This document shows positions 37,901 to 50,700 of a stretch of DNA of 64,000 nucleotides, piece after piece. Each line of letters begins with the position of its first letter. The first letter of the stretch is position 1. This DNA comes from Camelus ferus (taxonomy: Eukaryota): contig NC_045697.1 in assembly GCF_009834535.1 (NCBI RefSeq), positions 63,552,001 to 63,616,000 on the forward strand. Reading direction: 5' to 3'. A model generated the notes under the pieces. It had not been told where the DNA came from, did no database searches, and saw nothing but the letters and a program-made list of their open reading frames with translations. The position numbers and the translations under genes were made by a program.

Positions 37901-40010
37901 TCCACAGAGATGGCTAATGCTTTTTTTTTTTTTTTGCTAATATGTATGAAAGAAGACACTTGAAATTTTTCATTTGCTTATTTTCCAAATAGCTCCTTCT
38001 GTTTCTAATGAGAAATATCTCCCTAAAGTTTACATTCCAAGGAGTTCTTAGGTCTTAGAGAAAATGGAGTAGAAAATTTACAAGATGGTGGAGAAAATTT
38101 ACATCTCAAAGGCACAGAGAAAGTATCAAAATTTTCTCCAAAATGGGGTTTTAGAGTATATTTGCCTATTAGCAGCGATCTAGAATAATTATTTAAATTT
38201 TCCTTATTTTTCTAAAGTGCCGATAGTACCATTTCCAAGGTCCTGATCTTCTGTAAGCATTTAAAGAACTGGAGAGGTTTGAGGGGTTGATTTAAAAAAA
38301 AAAAAAAAAAAAAGGATAGTGAATTTTGCATTGTTTCTAGAGCTACAACTCTGGTTTTGCAAAGATTTGAAAGACAAAACTAGTTGTTTGTAATTCCTCA
38401 AAGAATTTGGTCGTAGCCTAAATGATATCAAGGGACTTTGCCCATCTGACTGCATCATTTTCAATTTGCTTTGTATCAGGGAGATTTCCAACTAATATGG
38501 AGATCAAAAGATTTCTATATTCTGGAGCTTTAAGGTTTAATGCAGTATGCTTTTGTAAAATTTGTATTAAGCATTCAACAAAGGCCTTCCAGTGCTCTTT
38601 TTTTTTCCCCCTTAGTGTGCAACTCAACTTTAGGCCAATTAACCTTAAGGGGAAAGAACCTCTACTGTTGTTTCAGTAAGCACCTGAACATCAACCTCTA
38701 GCTGATTTATTTCCTGATCACTTGTAGGAAGGCCTGGGAGAACTTCTGGTCACCTGTTTCTCCTATGAGGGAGGGTTTCCCAAGGGGCCTTCTGGCTTAC
38801 CTGATAAGTACAGTATAATCATGGATGGGAAGAATACCTATTAGCCCCCAGTTAGGGTTCCTGTGAGTAAGGTTCTGGATGTCCACTGATCTAACTATTC
38901 TAAATCTGGTAATTATCTTCTGTAAGTGGTGCTAAATAAGGCTTTGTAATTTCATCTTGTTAAAGAAGTCTGTAAGGTAAGCTGTTTTACTTCTTAGTCC
39001 CCTCTTTTCATAGGTACCAGAAAGACAGTTACTTAGAACAAGAGCTCTGCAACACTTTTTCAGACACAGAAATTCTTTCAGTTCAAAGGAGTCATCATCT
39101 GGCCATTGACAAGTAGGATCTTATATTAGTCTCAATAACAACTCAAACCAGTAAGGCTGTTTATGGCTTAACCATAGATGCAAGAAGCATCACAAATGAC
39201 TGTGCAAAAGATAGAGCACTCACAAGATCCAGAAATTTCACTCTCAAAGTTAGTCTAAGAAAACAAAGACATTCATTGAAACAGGTGGTAGGAATGGTAT
39301 AATGAAAATAATTTCTCTGGTTTCTGATGTGATGCCTTCAGTTGTAGACACACTTGCCTGTGACACTAGGCAGGTACTACTGGAATGAGACTTTTCCAGT
39401 ACTAAAGAGACAATGAAGTTTGAGATGTCAGGGGTCCCCTGTGGACTGAGACCCTTCTGACAAATTCCCCTGACAGCTAGCATGGCTGGACCATAAGACT
39501 GCTGCTATTGGGCTGTCCACTAGATGCATGCTGACACATGCATCTTCCAATTAGTGGATACCAGAGAAAATATTCTTACTGGTCATGAAGCCAAGCTCTT
39601 AAGACATAGAACAAGACAAAAGGAAAATCTCATCTAGGCTATGGTTTCTCCCCCTTATGACAAATGGCAGGAAAGTTAGAGACAAAAGCAAACAATTATT
39701 ATCTCTCTGGGAGGAAATAGAATCAATATAAAATGAGAGTACACATCATAAAAAATCTTTACCAAAGTACTGTACTCAAGAAACTAATTCACACAGGTAT
39801 TTTCTTCTGCTAATCTACATTTGTAAAGGAAGGGACAAGAAGTGTTGACCTTCCTCTCTTGACCAGGAATTATAGCTAAATAGATCTAGGACAGCTGGCT
39901 TTGGTAAGAGTTCTTAAGCTTGGTCAGCCTCTTCCAGTTTTCCAGAATCCCATTGGTGGGCTTTAGAGCAAGTATGGTGCCTCACCAGTTTCCATCATGG
40001 GTCACCAAAC

Positions 40011-40543
40011 TGTAGGGATGGAAAAATTTTACTTCTACATGTCTAGGTTCTTGGCTGTCTCCCTCCTGTAATAAAAGACATAGTAACAGTAGAAAAACAA
40101 AAATTTAATATCATGTATGCTTCCTGTAGACATGTAAGATACACAGGAAAACTGAGTGACTAACTAACTCCCTGAAATGTCCAGGCCTACACTTTAAATA
40201 CCATCTCCAGCTAGAGATGAAAGAAAGATGTTGGGCAGTTGTGGGAAATAACCAGAAAAAGCACAATAAACAAGGTTAAGGTTGTTAATGCAGACTTAAG
40301 TCAATGCCTTCTCCATTGATAAGTTTTTAGAGATTTGGTCATCCTCCTCTTCTGGGAACAGAGAGGGAAACACCCTTACAAATGGAGAGTTCCCTTATAA
40401 ATGTAAATGTTTCTTACAAAAGGATCACTGAACTCAGTTCTCAGAGCTACTTCTGTGTCTACAGTTTCATAAAATAATTGGTTCAAGGTAATTTTTATGC
40501 CAAAGAGACATATTGTGGGGGTGGCAAATTCTGCTCACCTTTA
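40011..40543 (-). repeat. 5' LTR of the MER34-like provirus
   Basis: Runs tgtag...ctcaccttta. Homologous to 34436-34960. Confidence 0.85.
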
Positions 40544-41719
40544 TTAGCTTGTGTCTTCAGTCAGTTAAAGAAGTAGTAATACTTTTAGGAAAGAATATTA
40601 AAATATCAGATTATTAGTGTTTCAAATAAAGATGTAAAGTGTTTTATATTTAATAACTTATAAATAACCATAGACAGCTACAGAAAAAAAAAAACCCGTA
40701 AATATTTGGCTTCATACCAAATAGGCAAAGGAATTGGAATTTTCAGAATAATGTGTTACAGAAAGTTTCCTAAAAGAGAGCTGCATGTAACATTAACCTC
40801 ATGCTCTATAAAGTAAGAATACCAGGAAATTATACGCTTATGTGATGACACATTGTTAAGATGGTAATTAGAATTTTAAATTTATAAAGCTGAGTTACTA
40901 TAGAGGAAATTTATACCAAAAAGAGTATAATTTGCAATTCAGAGTTCTTAAAGAGTCATAGTTCTTTACATATCAGAATTACTTCAGATTTGTCATTTTA
41001 TGAGCTTTATGCTTGTAAATGGATTTACAGATTTGGGTTTAATCCATCAACTAAGAGGAAAAACTGTCCAGTACAGAGTAATTTTCAAAAAGAAAAATAC
41101 TCTAAACAGGTTCAGTTTTTTCTTGCATTGGAAAACTATAACCTAAAAATTGATGAATTGTTCATTTTCTTAGTCTAAGCCTAGGATTAGAAATAAAGCA
41201 TTTTTCAGATTTTAAGGTTGTAAGAAACACTTAATATTGTTCCAGAAATTCTAGTCTTTTTTATTTATGAGAAAGTTGCTTCAAACTCTAAGTTAGCCTG
41301 AAAGAATTAGCTTTTCTTGTAGGGAGCATCAGTAATGACTTAATATTTCTTAAGGTCCAATAAAAATCAAAAGGAAATGTAATGTAAATCATTAAAATAT
41401 ACAGAAATTACTTGGAGTGTCTATTATTTTCTACTTTTTAAGAATATTTCCCCATTTTGTTTTTATTATGTTAAAATATAAATACTAAATCTATATCTAT
41501 AAATATATTACATGTACAAAAACAAATGCATATACGTTTTTTAGCCTTTCAAATGGATATTATTGTACTGTAATAATTTTTTACTTCATAATTCACATGA
41601 TTGAATATGATATTCAGTCATTTAAACTTTTTGCATTTAAGTATTTTCCTTTTATAGAATAGCATTGTCATATATTTACAATTTGATATTGAGAGAAATT
41701 TTGAAAAATCTAAAAAAAA

Positions 41720-41995
41720 ATTGTACATGATTTTATTCTCTATCTAGCAATACTATCTTTAGAAATCTACCCAGTACATGCATATTCTTATATACCAAAT
41801 AGCACTTGTATAAGGTTTTCCCTTACGGGCATTATTTTTATTAGCTAAAGATGAAAACAACACAAAAGTGCCCATCAATAGGGGATGTTTGATTATGGCT
41901 CATTCACAAAATGAAGAGCTGTAAAGCTTAAAAAAAGAGAGAGAGAGAAAACATCACTGTTCTGATAGGGAGTAATCTCTAGATTATATTAAAAA
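41720..41995 (+). mobile_element. Old L1 (L1M-type) ORF2 end / 3' fragment
   Basis: ctagcaatactatctttagaaatctaccc...gcattattttttattagctaaagatgaaaacaac...gcccatcaatagggga. Confidence 0.6.
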
Positions 41996-42619
41996 GTGGC
42001 TCGATGAAGGTGTGAAGCAGTTACAATAGCCCCAGAGTGATCATGAAAAAGTATCATAGCTCTCAAATTACTGATGTCCCTCCAGAATAGTCAAGAGGAA
42101 CCATTCTTTGTCATTAGTTGTTTCCTTGTAATCCCTGTGTTCTACTAGCTGAAAAGGACAGAAGTATTGGGGCTTTTTGTCCTCATTACATGACAAATAT
42201 TAGAATATTAGAAACTGTCATGGTAAAAGAAATGTTAGAATCATATACTTTAGTGACATTTGTGTCACTAAACATACTCAAACTATTTTTCCCTTCATTT
42301 TTACTAACATTTTTTAGAATATTAAAAGGTAGATTTGGGTTAGAGCTTTATTAAAAATATGACTGTTAGGGGTCATACCGTGGAAAACAAATTCGAGATT
42401 TCCAAAATTTTCAGAATATATTTCCTTTGTCTTCTACATTCATTTAACTAGCATTTGGAGAACAGGTGCTAAACACAGAGTACCTATTAAAAGTGTGTTA
42501 GTCTTAATGATTCTTCAGACTTTTTAAAAAAAGATAATGGTTGGTTGGCAAATACAAAGCTGCCTCTGTGTACAACATATTATAGCTCCAAGTTTCCTTT
42601 CATCAAAAGATATTACACC

Positions 42620-42985
42620 TTTTTTCATTTATACAGTCACTTAAATAAGAGTAAAAAAAGGTATTTCAGGCACTGAGATTGTAGCTGTGAATGAGAAACA
42701 AGCAAGTTTTCTTTCTTAGTAGACCTTGTATTCTAGTGGATGAGGACAGAAAATAGATTAGAAATGAAGAAATAAACAAGAGAATTTCACACAGCGATAA
42801 GGGCCATGATGTAAATCAGCAGAAAGATGAGATTTAAGAGACCAGTGAGGGGAAGAGGAGGGCTTGTGCCTAGGAAGCACTCATCAAGGAAGACCTGGGG
42901 ATGTTGCCTTTGAGCTGTAACCTGAGTGATGGTCAGCTACTCAAACCTAGGGCAAGCACTTTGAGGGGAGAGATCAGATTATGAA
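42620..42985 (-). mobile_element. L2 LINE 3' fragment
   Basis: caggcactgagattgtagctgtgaatgag...tattctagtggatgaggacaga...tttgagctgtaacctgagtgatg. Confidence 0.6.
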
Positions 42986-43009
42986 GTGCAGTCACCTTCG
43001 AGTACTGCT

Positions 43010-43740
43010 TGCTGCCTCAGGACTGCCTCACGTTGGTTTTGGTCTTGTCCTCCTACATACAGGCTCTACACATTCTAATCTCTGTAGGCACCACAGATAA
43101 ATCTGTAAAAGAAATAAGCACAAACATGCAGTTTACACTATTGTATTTCTCCTTTAAAACTGTTAATGATTCACTAAGGCTTAAAGGATAAAATCCACAT
43201 TCCTCAAACCACCATCCATAGCTGCTAAAGTGATACTCCACTATTTATGCAATTTTAGCTCCAACTGTCGCCAGACTTAAATCTTTTATTCCACTTAAAC
43301 TGCTCTTACACAAATTTCTATTTCTTGTCTCAGTTGTTTAGTGTTTTGATTTGTTTTGTTCTTTTGCTCTTAACTGTTTTGTTTGAACTACCCCTCCCCT
43401 ATAATATAGCTCTCTTTTTAGGCCTAGCTCCAATCCCATAACCTTGTTTTGTTTACCCAAAATGGGAATGCTGTCTCTTAGAACAATTTCAGCACTTAAC
43501 GATCCTATATAATGTGTCTTGTAGTGGTCAGTTCTATGTATTGGCATCAGTTCTCTGCATTGACGTATAAATCTCTCCTATGTATTAACATAGAACTTAC
43601 TGTTTTGCAGTAGGGCTCATCTTTTCTATGTTCGTTTACATCTCTCCAGTTGAATTCTGCATTTCTTGGGAGCAGCTGCCACATTCTGTATTTCTTGGAT
43701 CCTGTGTTTCCTTTTATACACATTATCTGCACAACAGAGT
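43010..43740 (+). mobile_element. L2 LINE fragment (degraded)
   Basis: cactaaggcttaaaggataaaatccacattcctca...tctctccagttgaattctgcatttcttgggagcag. Confidence 0.45.
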
Positions 43741-46264
43741 TTTTTTTATTTTTCCAAGTGAAATACTCCTGTCACAGAAAACTGCAGTGAAGTATACAGA
43801 TTTAAAAATAATTGCTGCAAATTGAAAATTCTGTTGAAGCTTTGTGTTTAGGATGATTAACAGAAATATCAGGAGAGCCAGGTAGACTTACCTATTAATC
43901 ATTTATTTTTCTGGAAGTGAGGAATACATAGAGTTGAGTAAAAAACTATTATATTTTACTCTACTTACAAAACCAAAGAAATAAAATTTTGCTAATCGAT
44001 CTTTCCTCTTTTACCGTGTATTTGGTAGTAAAATATTTAATTGGAAGTTTGGAGCCTATAAACACTACTAATACAGGTATTTTAGTGAGTGTTAATAGCA
44101 ATTTTTACTTAGAAAATCGTGAATAAAACAAATTTATGTTGGTCTGTGTTTTTTTAATTTGTGTTTAAATGTTTTAAATCTTCATATTAAGTAAAAATTT
44201 CATTTCATTTTTATTTGATGTCATTCATTCATTTATTTTTGTTTTCTTCTTTTCAAGGCCCTGTGGAATCCTACATGCACTGAAGTTTTATTTAAACCAG
44301 TACATATTTCAACCTAGGTTAAATCATTATCTGATAAGAAATGTATCACAAATCTGTGACATGCTAAATATTAAATCAATTTCCATTATTTCATATGTTG
44401 GCTGTTTCTCAGTATGTAATACAGAAATTTTTCCATTCCAAATATTTGACACCTTTTGCATTTATACACAATTGAATAAAATATGGATGAAGATTCAACT
44501 AACATATTCCTGATTTGTATTTTTAAAACAAAAATAGATATTTAAAAATTATGTCCATATGCAGCTATCCTAAAATGTAATATTCCACTTGGCAGTACAT
44601 ATTTTTTGTTCAACCTTCTCATCCGTGTCATTTGTCTTTCTCTGGTTATAGTCTTCATTTAACTTCACTGTATATTCTGTGTACATTAGGTAAGTTTGAA
44701 AACAATGCTTCTAGTTTCTGCCATCCTAGTGTGACAGGTCTTATTGAAGAATGAAATTACCTCTATTTTTCTCTTGTGTTGAGATCGAAATATGAAAGCA
44801 GTATGTCTTCAAATGAAGTAAATCATGAAGAGTCTAACTACAGAAAGTCAAAAACCTATTTATATCTCTAAACAAGTGAAGAAAGTCAATTGGCTGTTGA
44901 TCTCTTATTGAGGGAAGTTTGTTGAATGTATTGTCTCCTGGACTGCCTGATTTCTGTGTGTTCTTGTTGATTGCCTTTTCTATACTAGCTCACTTAATTA
45001 TCAAATGGCTGGGTGGCACCTAAGCACTCATGAATGTTGTACTTTATTGCAAAGATAAATGACAGAGCCCAGAGAATGTCTTAGTGTTCTGGTGCAGGAC
45101 AACAGAAGAGCCATAGAGCTAAGGAGAGGAAAGCAGGTTTTACTGAGTTCTCTATATTATTTAAACAGGCAATGAAATAATCGTTAATGTTGGTAACATT
45201 CAAAAATACGTTACAAAATTAATTAAATTATTTGAATCATTATATAACATATAATACACATGATCAAGTGTTGGGTTTAAACCATGATATTAAAATAAAA
45301 CTATAAATATATTTATTTACATGAAAACACTGTTTGTGTCCTTGTTGAATTTGCCCTTAAAACATCCTTTTATAATTCAAGATGTGAAAATGTTTTTGTT
45401 TCTCTAACAGTTTTCTAGTGTTTATTCTTTTATTCTGTTTTTATCTCTTCCTATTTATTGTCTTATTTTATATTTCAAACCCTTTAATGTAGATAATGTA
45501 AGAAATTCCATTACCTAAAATAAAGCACTCTCCTGGTAAAGATTTTTATCAGCTTGAATGGGCAATATCATTTTGAAGAAGAAAGAATTCAATTAAAGGT
45601 ATTTTGAGTAGGATGCAAAGGGAAAAAAAAATTGCATTAGCACGTAGATTAAGTCAATAAAGAAAGGTACTTTTTTCCCTCAAAAGCAATGTAGCAGAAA
45701 CTGTCAATAGAGATAAAAAAAAAAAGGCACCTAACCTGAAAAGGTACTATTCTATGATTGCTCTTTAACAACATTAAGACCTTTCAGTCTGCTTCCTTGG
45801 AAACCTTTTTTTTTTCCCCTTTTATTTTATTCAATGGAATTTGAGCTGAATATACACCAGTGAATGTGTTTATAGATTAATAACTTTACTTCATGGTGAA
45901 ATGTATTCACCATGAAGTATCTTTTCCAACAATGTTTATTATATACTTTGTCCATTTATTAAAATGTATGTATGTATTTGATTATATTAAAAGTGAATTA
46001 AAAATAGGGATTAATGGGGACATTGTTGTTTACAAAAATGTTTAAGAACCATTATAATACTGCACTTTATTCCAGTGTACAACAAAACTGAGGTTGCTAA
46101 TTGTTTCTTAAAGAAGCAGCAAGAGATATAAAAGTGTATCTGACAGTTGTGAACAATGTAACAGCAATATATATTGATGAAAGGAAATATTATGCTGTAC
46201 TATTATGCCTGCATATTTGTCTGAAATACTTTGACAATCACTAACTAAAAATAAGAGATGGACA

Positions 46265-46400
46265 AGCTTAATTATATTTATTTTCCAAATAAGGAAAATG
46301 GAATTTGAAGAAACTGACTTTCCAAAGGTCATATAACTTTCCTAACAAGTGATAAAGCTGTAGATTGTGCTTAGGCGTTTCAGATCAAAAGTCAAGATTT
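46265..46400 (-). mobile_element. MIR SINE fragment
   Basis: ttttccaaataaggaaaatggaatttgaagaaactgactttccaaaggtcata. Confidence 0.55.
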
Positions 46401-48720
46401 TGTTTTGTATCCTGATTTCAGAATGCTGGTAAATTGAATGATTGCAAAACTCAATATAAATTATACATGAATTACACATACAAATATATAGATACTTGTA
46501 TTTTATATATACATTATATATTAAAGGTTGAATTTATGTTAAAACTGCCTTATAGATTAGGCATAATTGTCATATTTACTATGACAATGCTGAAGTAAGA
46601 TGTGTAATACATTAGCTAAGGAAATAGTTCTGTAATATTGAAAATTATTTTTTCAAGTATCAAGTGCTTAGAGGAAAACCATGGACAGTTTTGCTAGATG
46701 TTTTAACAATTTTAACACATTTTATCTATATTTTAAATCATTTTCAAAATCTATTTTTTGCACCTTGAAATATACACATGTTAAATGTTCTTATTTATCA
46801 TATTTTTAAATATAAGCAACTTATCATTCTTGGTTAGATTTATGCCATATAGCTGTGTTTTAAATGACTTTTTACTGAAAACTCTTAAGTATATTATGTA
46901 CAATTTTGTATGTATGATTTTTATTTGGCACAAATTTTCCTTGATAACAGTTGTATCATTTTTCAAAATTGCCTAAATTTGATATTGTTTTAAATATTTG
47001 TTTAGAAAAGAAAATATACTTTCTTTTCCATATTTAACTTGATGCTAGAGGGAGGAATGTCCAAATATAACAACAGGATGCTTTTCATATTTTTTGTATA
47101 TTGTGCCTATATGTTCATACAGGACTGTCTAAATATAGTTCTATCATATCTTAATTTGTTACATATAATCACTCTAAAAGGAATCTTTATCTTGGCGCTT
47201 TTTTTTGGCAATAGTAATCACTGTTATGCTGACATGTTTAAAAAAACTAACAAGTACATTTTCAAGCATATGTCAATTTCATTTGATTTATATAGTTGAA
47301 ACAAGTCCCAGTGTCAGTCTTAGATTCACATATGTATCTTCCATTGAAAAGAACTGTTATTCTTGATATTAATAAGCATTGAGAACTGTTAGAATGTTCC
47401 ATGTCTTCCAAGTGATGTGTTTTGATATCTGAATTTACATAATCCATTTATATCATTAACTGTAATGGAGAAAAGTAGGATAGGCTGTAAAACAGAGGGA
47501 AAAAGGAGATGTTAGCATCTTTTATTTTTTACCCCAAACCAAACATCCTGAGTATATCTATTGGGTGTTCACTTAACTGTTTTGTGAAAGCTTTTCTCTG
47601 CTTTGCTATTCTCCTCTTTGACTGTACGTATAGGAGGTTGATGAACAGGAGGCACAAATGATAATAAAATATTTTCTGGTGAATGTTTCTAAGACTACCT
47701 GAAAGCTATTTGTTGCATCTTTAATTTTTAAACATCATGGTCAGATTATATACGTATGAAATAAGGAAACCCTTATTTTAAATTATCTTCTTACCAAGTT
47801 CCTTTTTTAAAGAGGAGGAAATTTGATGCGATAGCATTAGCATTCCTAGGGAAGAAAAGGCAAAAACAATGACAAATGTGAATGCAAAGTGGATTCTGAT
47901 GGACAAAAACAATTAATGTAGCAAGAGTAAAAGGATCGTTGCCATATGTCCTCCCAAGATTTTTTAGATATATATATTTTTAAGTTTCCAATTTTTTTAA
48001 ACATAAAAAAAGGTGAAGGAAGTGTTACCTCACTCCTGTAAGGAAGAAAAACCACTAGCTTAAGGATTCCAGACTGTTTATCAAAGTTTAAGTACTAATA
48101 AATTTTGAATATAATGACCAGAGAGAGTGAATAAATTTCATCCCTTCCTACTCAGGCTCTTTACAGAAGATTCTTCTTCATGAAGTTGGCAAGATTTCTG
48201 ACCTGGAAAGAGATTTAGGTGTACCTTTTCTTTTTCTTCACTAAGAATACCAGAGTAAACTTGAAAAAATAAATACCTTCATTTGGCAATAAATATGCTA
48301 CACAGATTTTAATTTTCTCTGCATCATGGTTTGTATATGTTTTAAGAAGTTACTGAGTTAATATAGATTTAGGGCTTAATATATATTACTAGTACACTTT
48401 TTATACAATGTTATGTTTTATGTTTTTTGGAGATCTGTCATCAGATTGCCATTTGGTTGTAGCCACATGAATTTTAAGAATAGGATCCTGAAAATCAATG
48501 GCTGGCCTCTTGAAAACTACCTTTTCTGTTTCAGTAATGCAAATACGACCTAAGTAAAAGTTTGTATATGCATAAACACTATGTATTACTGTTTTTCTAA
48601 TGCTTTGTTTGTCAGTACAACATATAGAAACCAAAAACATTTTATTACTTTGATTTTAAAAAGTGAGCAGCATCTGGTAGTAGAATGTGATATATACTTG
48701 GAAATCTATTTCTGGTTTTT

Positions 48721-48893
48721 GTATTGCTTTTGTTTTTATTGAAGTATAGTTGATTTACAATGTTGTGTTAGCTTGTGGTGTACAGCATAGTGATTCACTT
48801 ATACACATTTATATATTCTTTTTCATTATTTGTTGCTGCAAGATATTGAATATAGTTTCCTGTGCTGTACAGCAGGACCTTGTTGATTTTATA
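48721..48893 (-). mobile_element. L1 3' end with target-site duplication
   Basis: attgaagtatagttgatttacaatgttgtg...cctgtgctgtacagcagg, flanked by tatttctgg at 48707-48715 and 48894-48902. Confidence 0.85.
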
Positions 48894-50469
48894 TATTTCT
48901 GGGCTTTTTAACACCTTTATCGTGGTATGATTCCTGTACGGTAAACTGTACATATTATATATTGCTGGTTTTTAATGAGAAAAAATATTCAGTCCTGGTG
49001 AGGTGTAACACAAAAGATCAAGATTATCAAATAAGACTCACACAAATCATAGATCTTACCCAATATTAAGGTTATACTAATCATTAAAAGTTACTGGCGA
49101 TCAAGCTCAGGTGAAGGAGGGGAGAGAGCCGCCAGGTTGAGGGCAGCTCTCCAAGCTTTTTCATCCCACATTGAACATCCACTCTCTGATTCAGAGTAAT
49201 AAGTCACGTCCCCAAGTGAGATTTTGCGGGGTTACCTCACACGGTAACCTTTTATTCATGAAATATCTACATTTTATATCCCAACAATGTGACATTTTTC
49301 AGGGAGCCATGTTTATAAATCCATAGATTCCAAGTTCATTTACTCAAATCTGTCCTTAACCAGGGATATATTATTGAAGTTTCCATTGGTAAGGACTCTC
49401 CTTCCAGCAACTATTATTAGCTTATTTTCCTAGTGATACAGTTTTCATGTTGACAAGGTTAGAGGAGGTTACCTCTCTTCTTTTTCCTCACCTGGAGAAG
49501 AGTCAGTTGCTTTAACACCCCCCCCCCCCCACCTATTTGATTTCAACAGTTCATTCAGAAAGTGATATTCTATTGGAATAAAATGATAAACCCAATGTGC
49601 TGGATTGTTCATTTCTCTTTAATTGTAAAGAAAATGCCTTATAGAAAAAGTATATCTGACCAAAATTGCAGTTGTTTTTGGTTTCTCTTCTGTGTTTCAA
49701 AACACAGTTTGAGGCAAGTTAGGAGATTGCTTTCCTGAAGATTATCTTTTTGTTTCATTTTCTTTTTCACTTAAGGCAAGCTTTCGGGAATTACAATTTT
49801 TGAAAGTCAAGAATTTCATGATTTAGTTGGGGAAAAGTAAAATTTCTTAAAGTTTTTCTGGTAAGTTTTTCTATATGCTATAATATACTGCATAAGAGAA
49901 GAGCTATTTACTTAAATTTATAAAATTTGTTTTATTTTTTCCATTTGCTATTTGTACAAAATTACTCCTATTGCAACAATAATCCATTTGACAAATTGGA
50001 ATAGAGTAAATTCTTTGTTTTCTTCTTTCAGTTGTATTACATACCTCATTACATATTTTATTGAATATAAAATGACTGGTCTTAAACTATTTGCGATGTA
50101 GGTTTATGTAAAATCTCTATTCTTTTATATTTCCACTTGGTATATATCAATAACACAATAATACAATATTATAAATTGACTATACTTTAGTTAAAAAATA
50201 TAGTAGAAAAATTCCCATAAAAGAAAATATGTAAGAAAAACTGAATTCAATATTTGATTTATCTGTTCTGCTGCCACAAACAGACTGTGTTATTTCTAGC
50301 AAGTCTTGGTTCTTTTACTCACATCAGTCCCCTAACCTGTTTATAGAGCTGTTTCTTAACTCTTAACTTGTTCATATGAAGAGGAAACCAAGTTTCATAT
50401 TCCTGGGATTCTCCAGGCATAATCAAACTCCATCTTATCTTAAATCACACTGCAATGATTTGCAGTGGA

Positions 50470-50700
50470 TCAATAATGAGTAACATTTTTGATACTTGCT
50501 ATATGTCCAGTGCTGTTTTAAAGGTTTTTCGTGTTTTAAATACTGTTCACAGGAGCCTGTGAGGTAGCTACTGTTACATGATACCATTTTGCAAGGAAGA
50601 AAACTGAAACAGAGAAGTTAAGAAATTTGCCAAAAATTACACTACTAGAAAATTACTAGACTACATTTAAACATAGACCCTTAATATCAAGAGCTTGAAC
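50470..50700 (-). mobile_element. MIR SINE
   Basis: cctgtgaggtagctact...ccattttgcaaggaagaaaactgaaacagagaagttaagaaatttgcc. Confidence 0.7.

Larger units (their letters stand above)
34436..40543 (-). mobile_element. Two-LTR ERV1 provirus (MER34/MER4-group-like), ~5-kb internal region with no long ORF
   Basis: Direct-repeat LTRs lie at 34436-34960 and 40011-40543. A PBS-like tggtgacccatgatggaa follows the 5' LTR on the minus strand, and a purine tract aaaggtaggat precedes the 3' LTR. No TSD was clearly resolved. Confidence 0.85.

Noticed and set aside
34961..40010. Domesticated env (HEMO/ERVMER34-1-like) or intact gag/pol
   Set aside because: No long ORF and no retroviral protein motif could be read in the interior.
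34432..40547. TSD for the MER34-like provirus
   Set aside because: The flanks cttg and ttag match at only 2 of 4 positions, so no TSD is claimed.
44225..44320. Strong-looking splice acceptor (ttttgttttcttcttttcaag) as another exon
   Set aside because: In-frame stops follow soon after, no CCSER1-like peptide was recognised, and such acceptors are common in T-rich introns.
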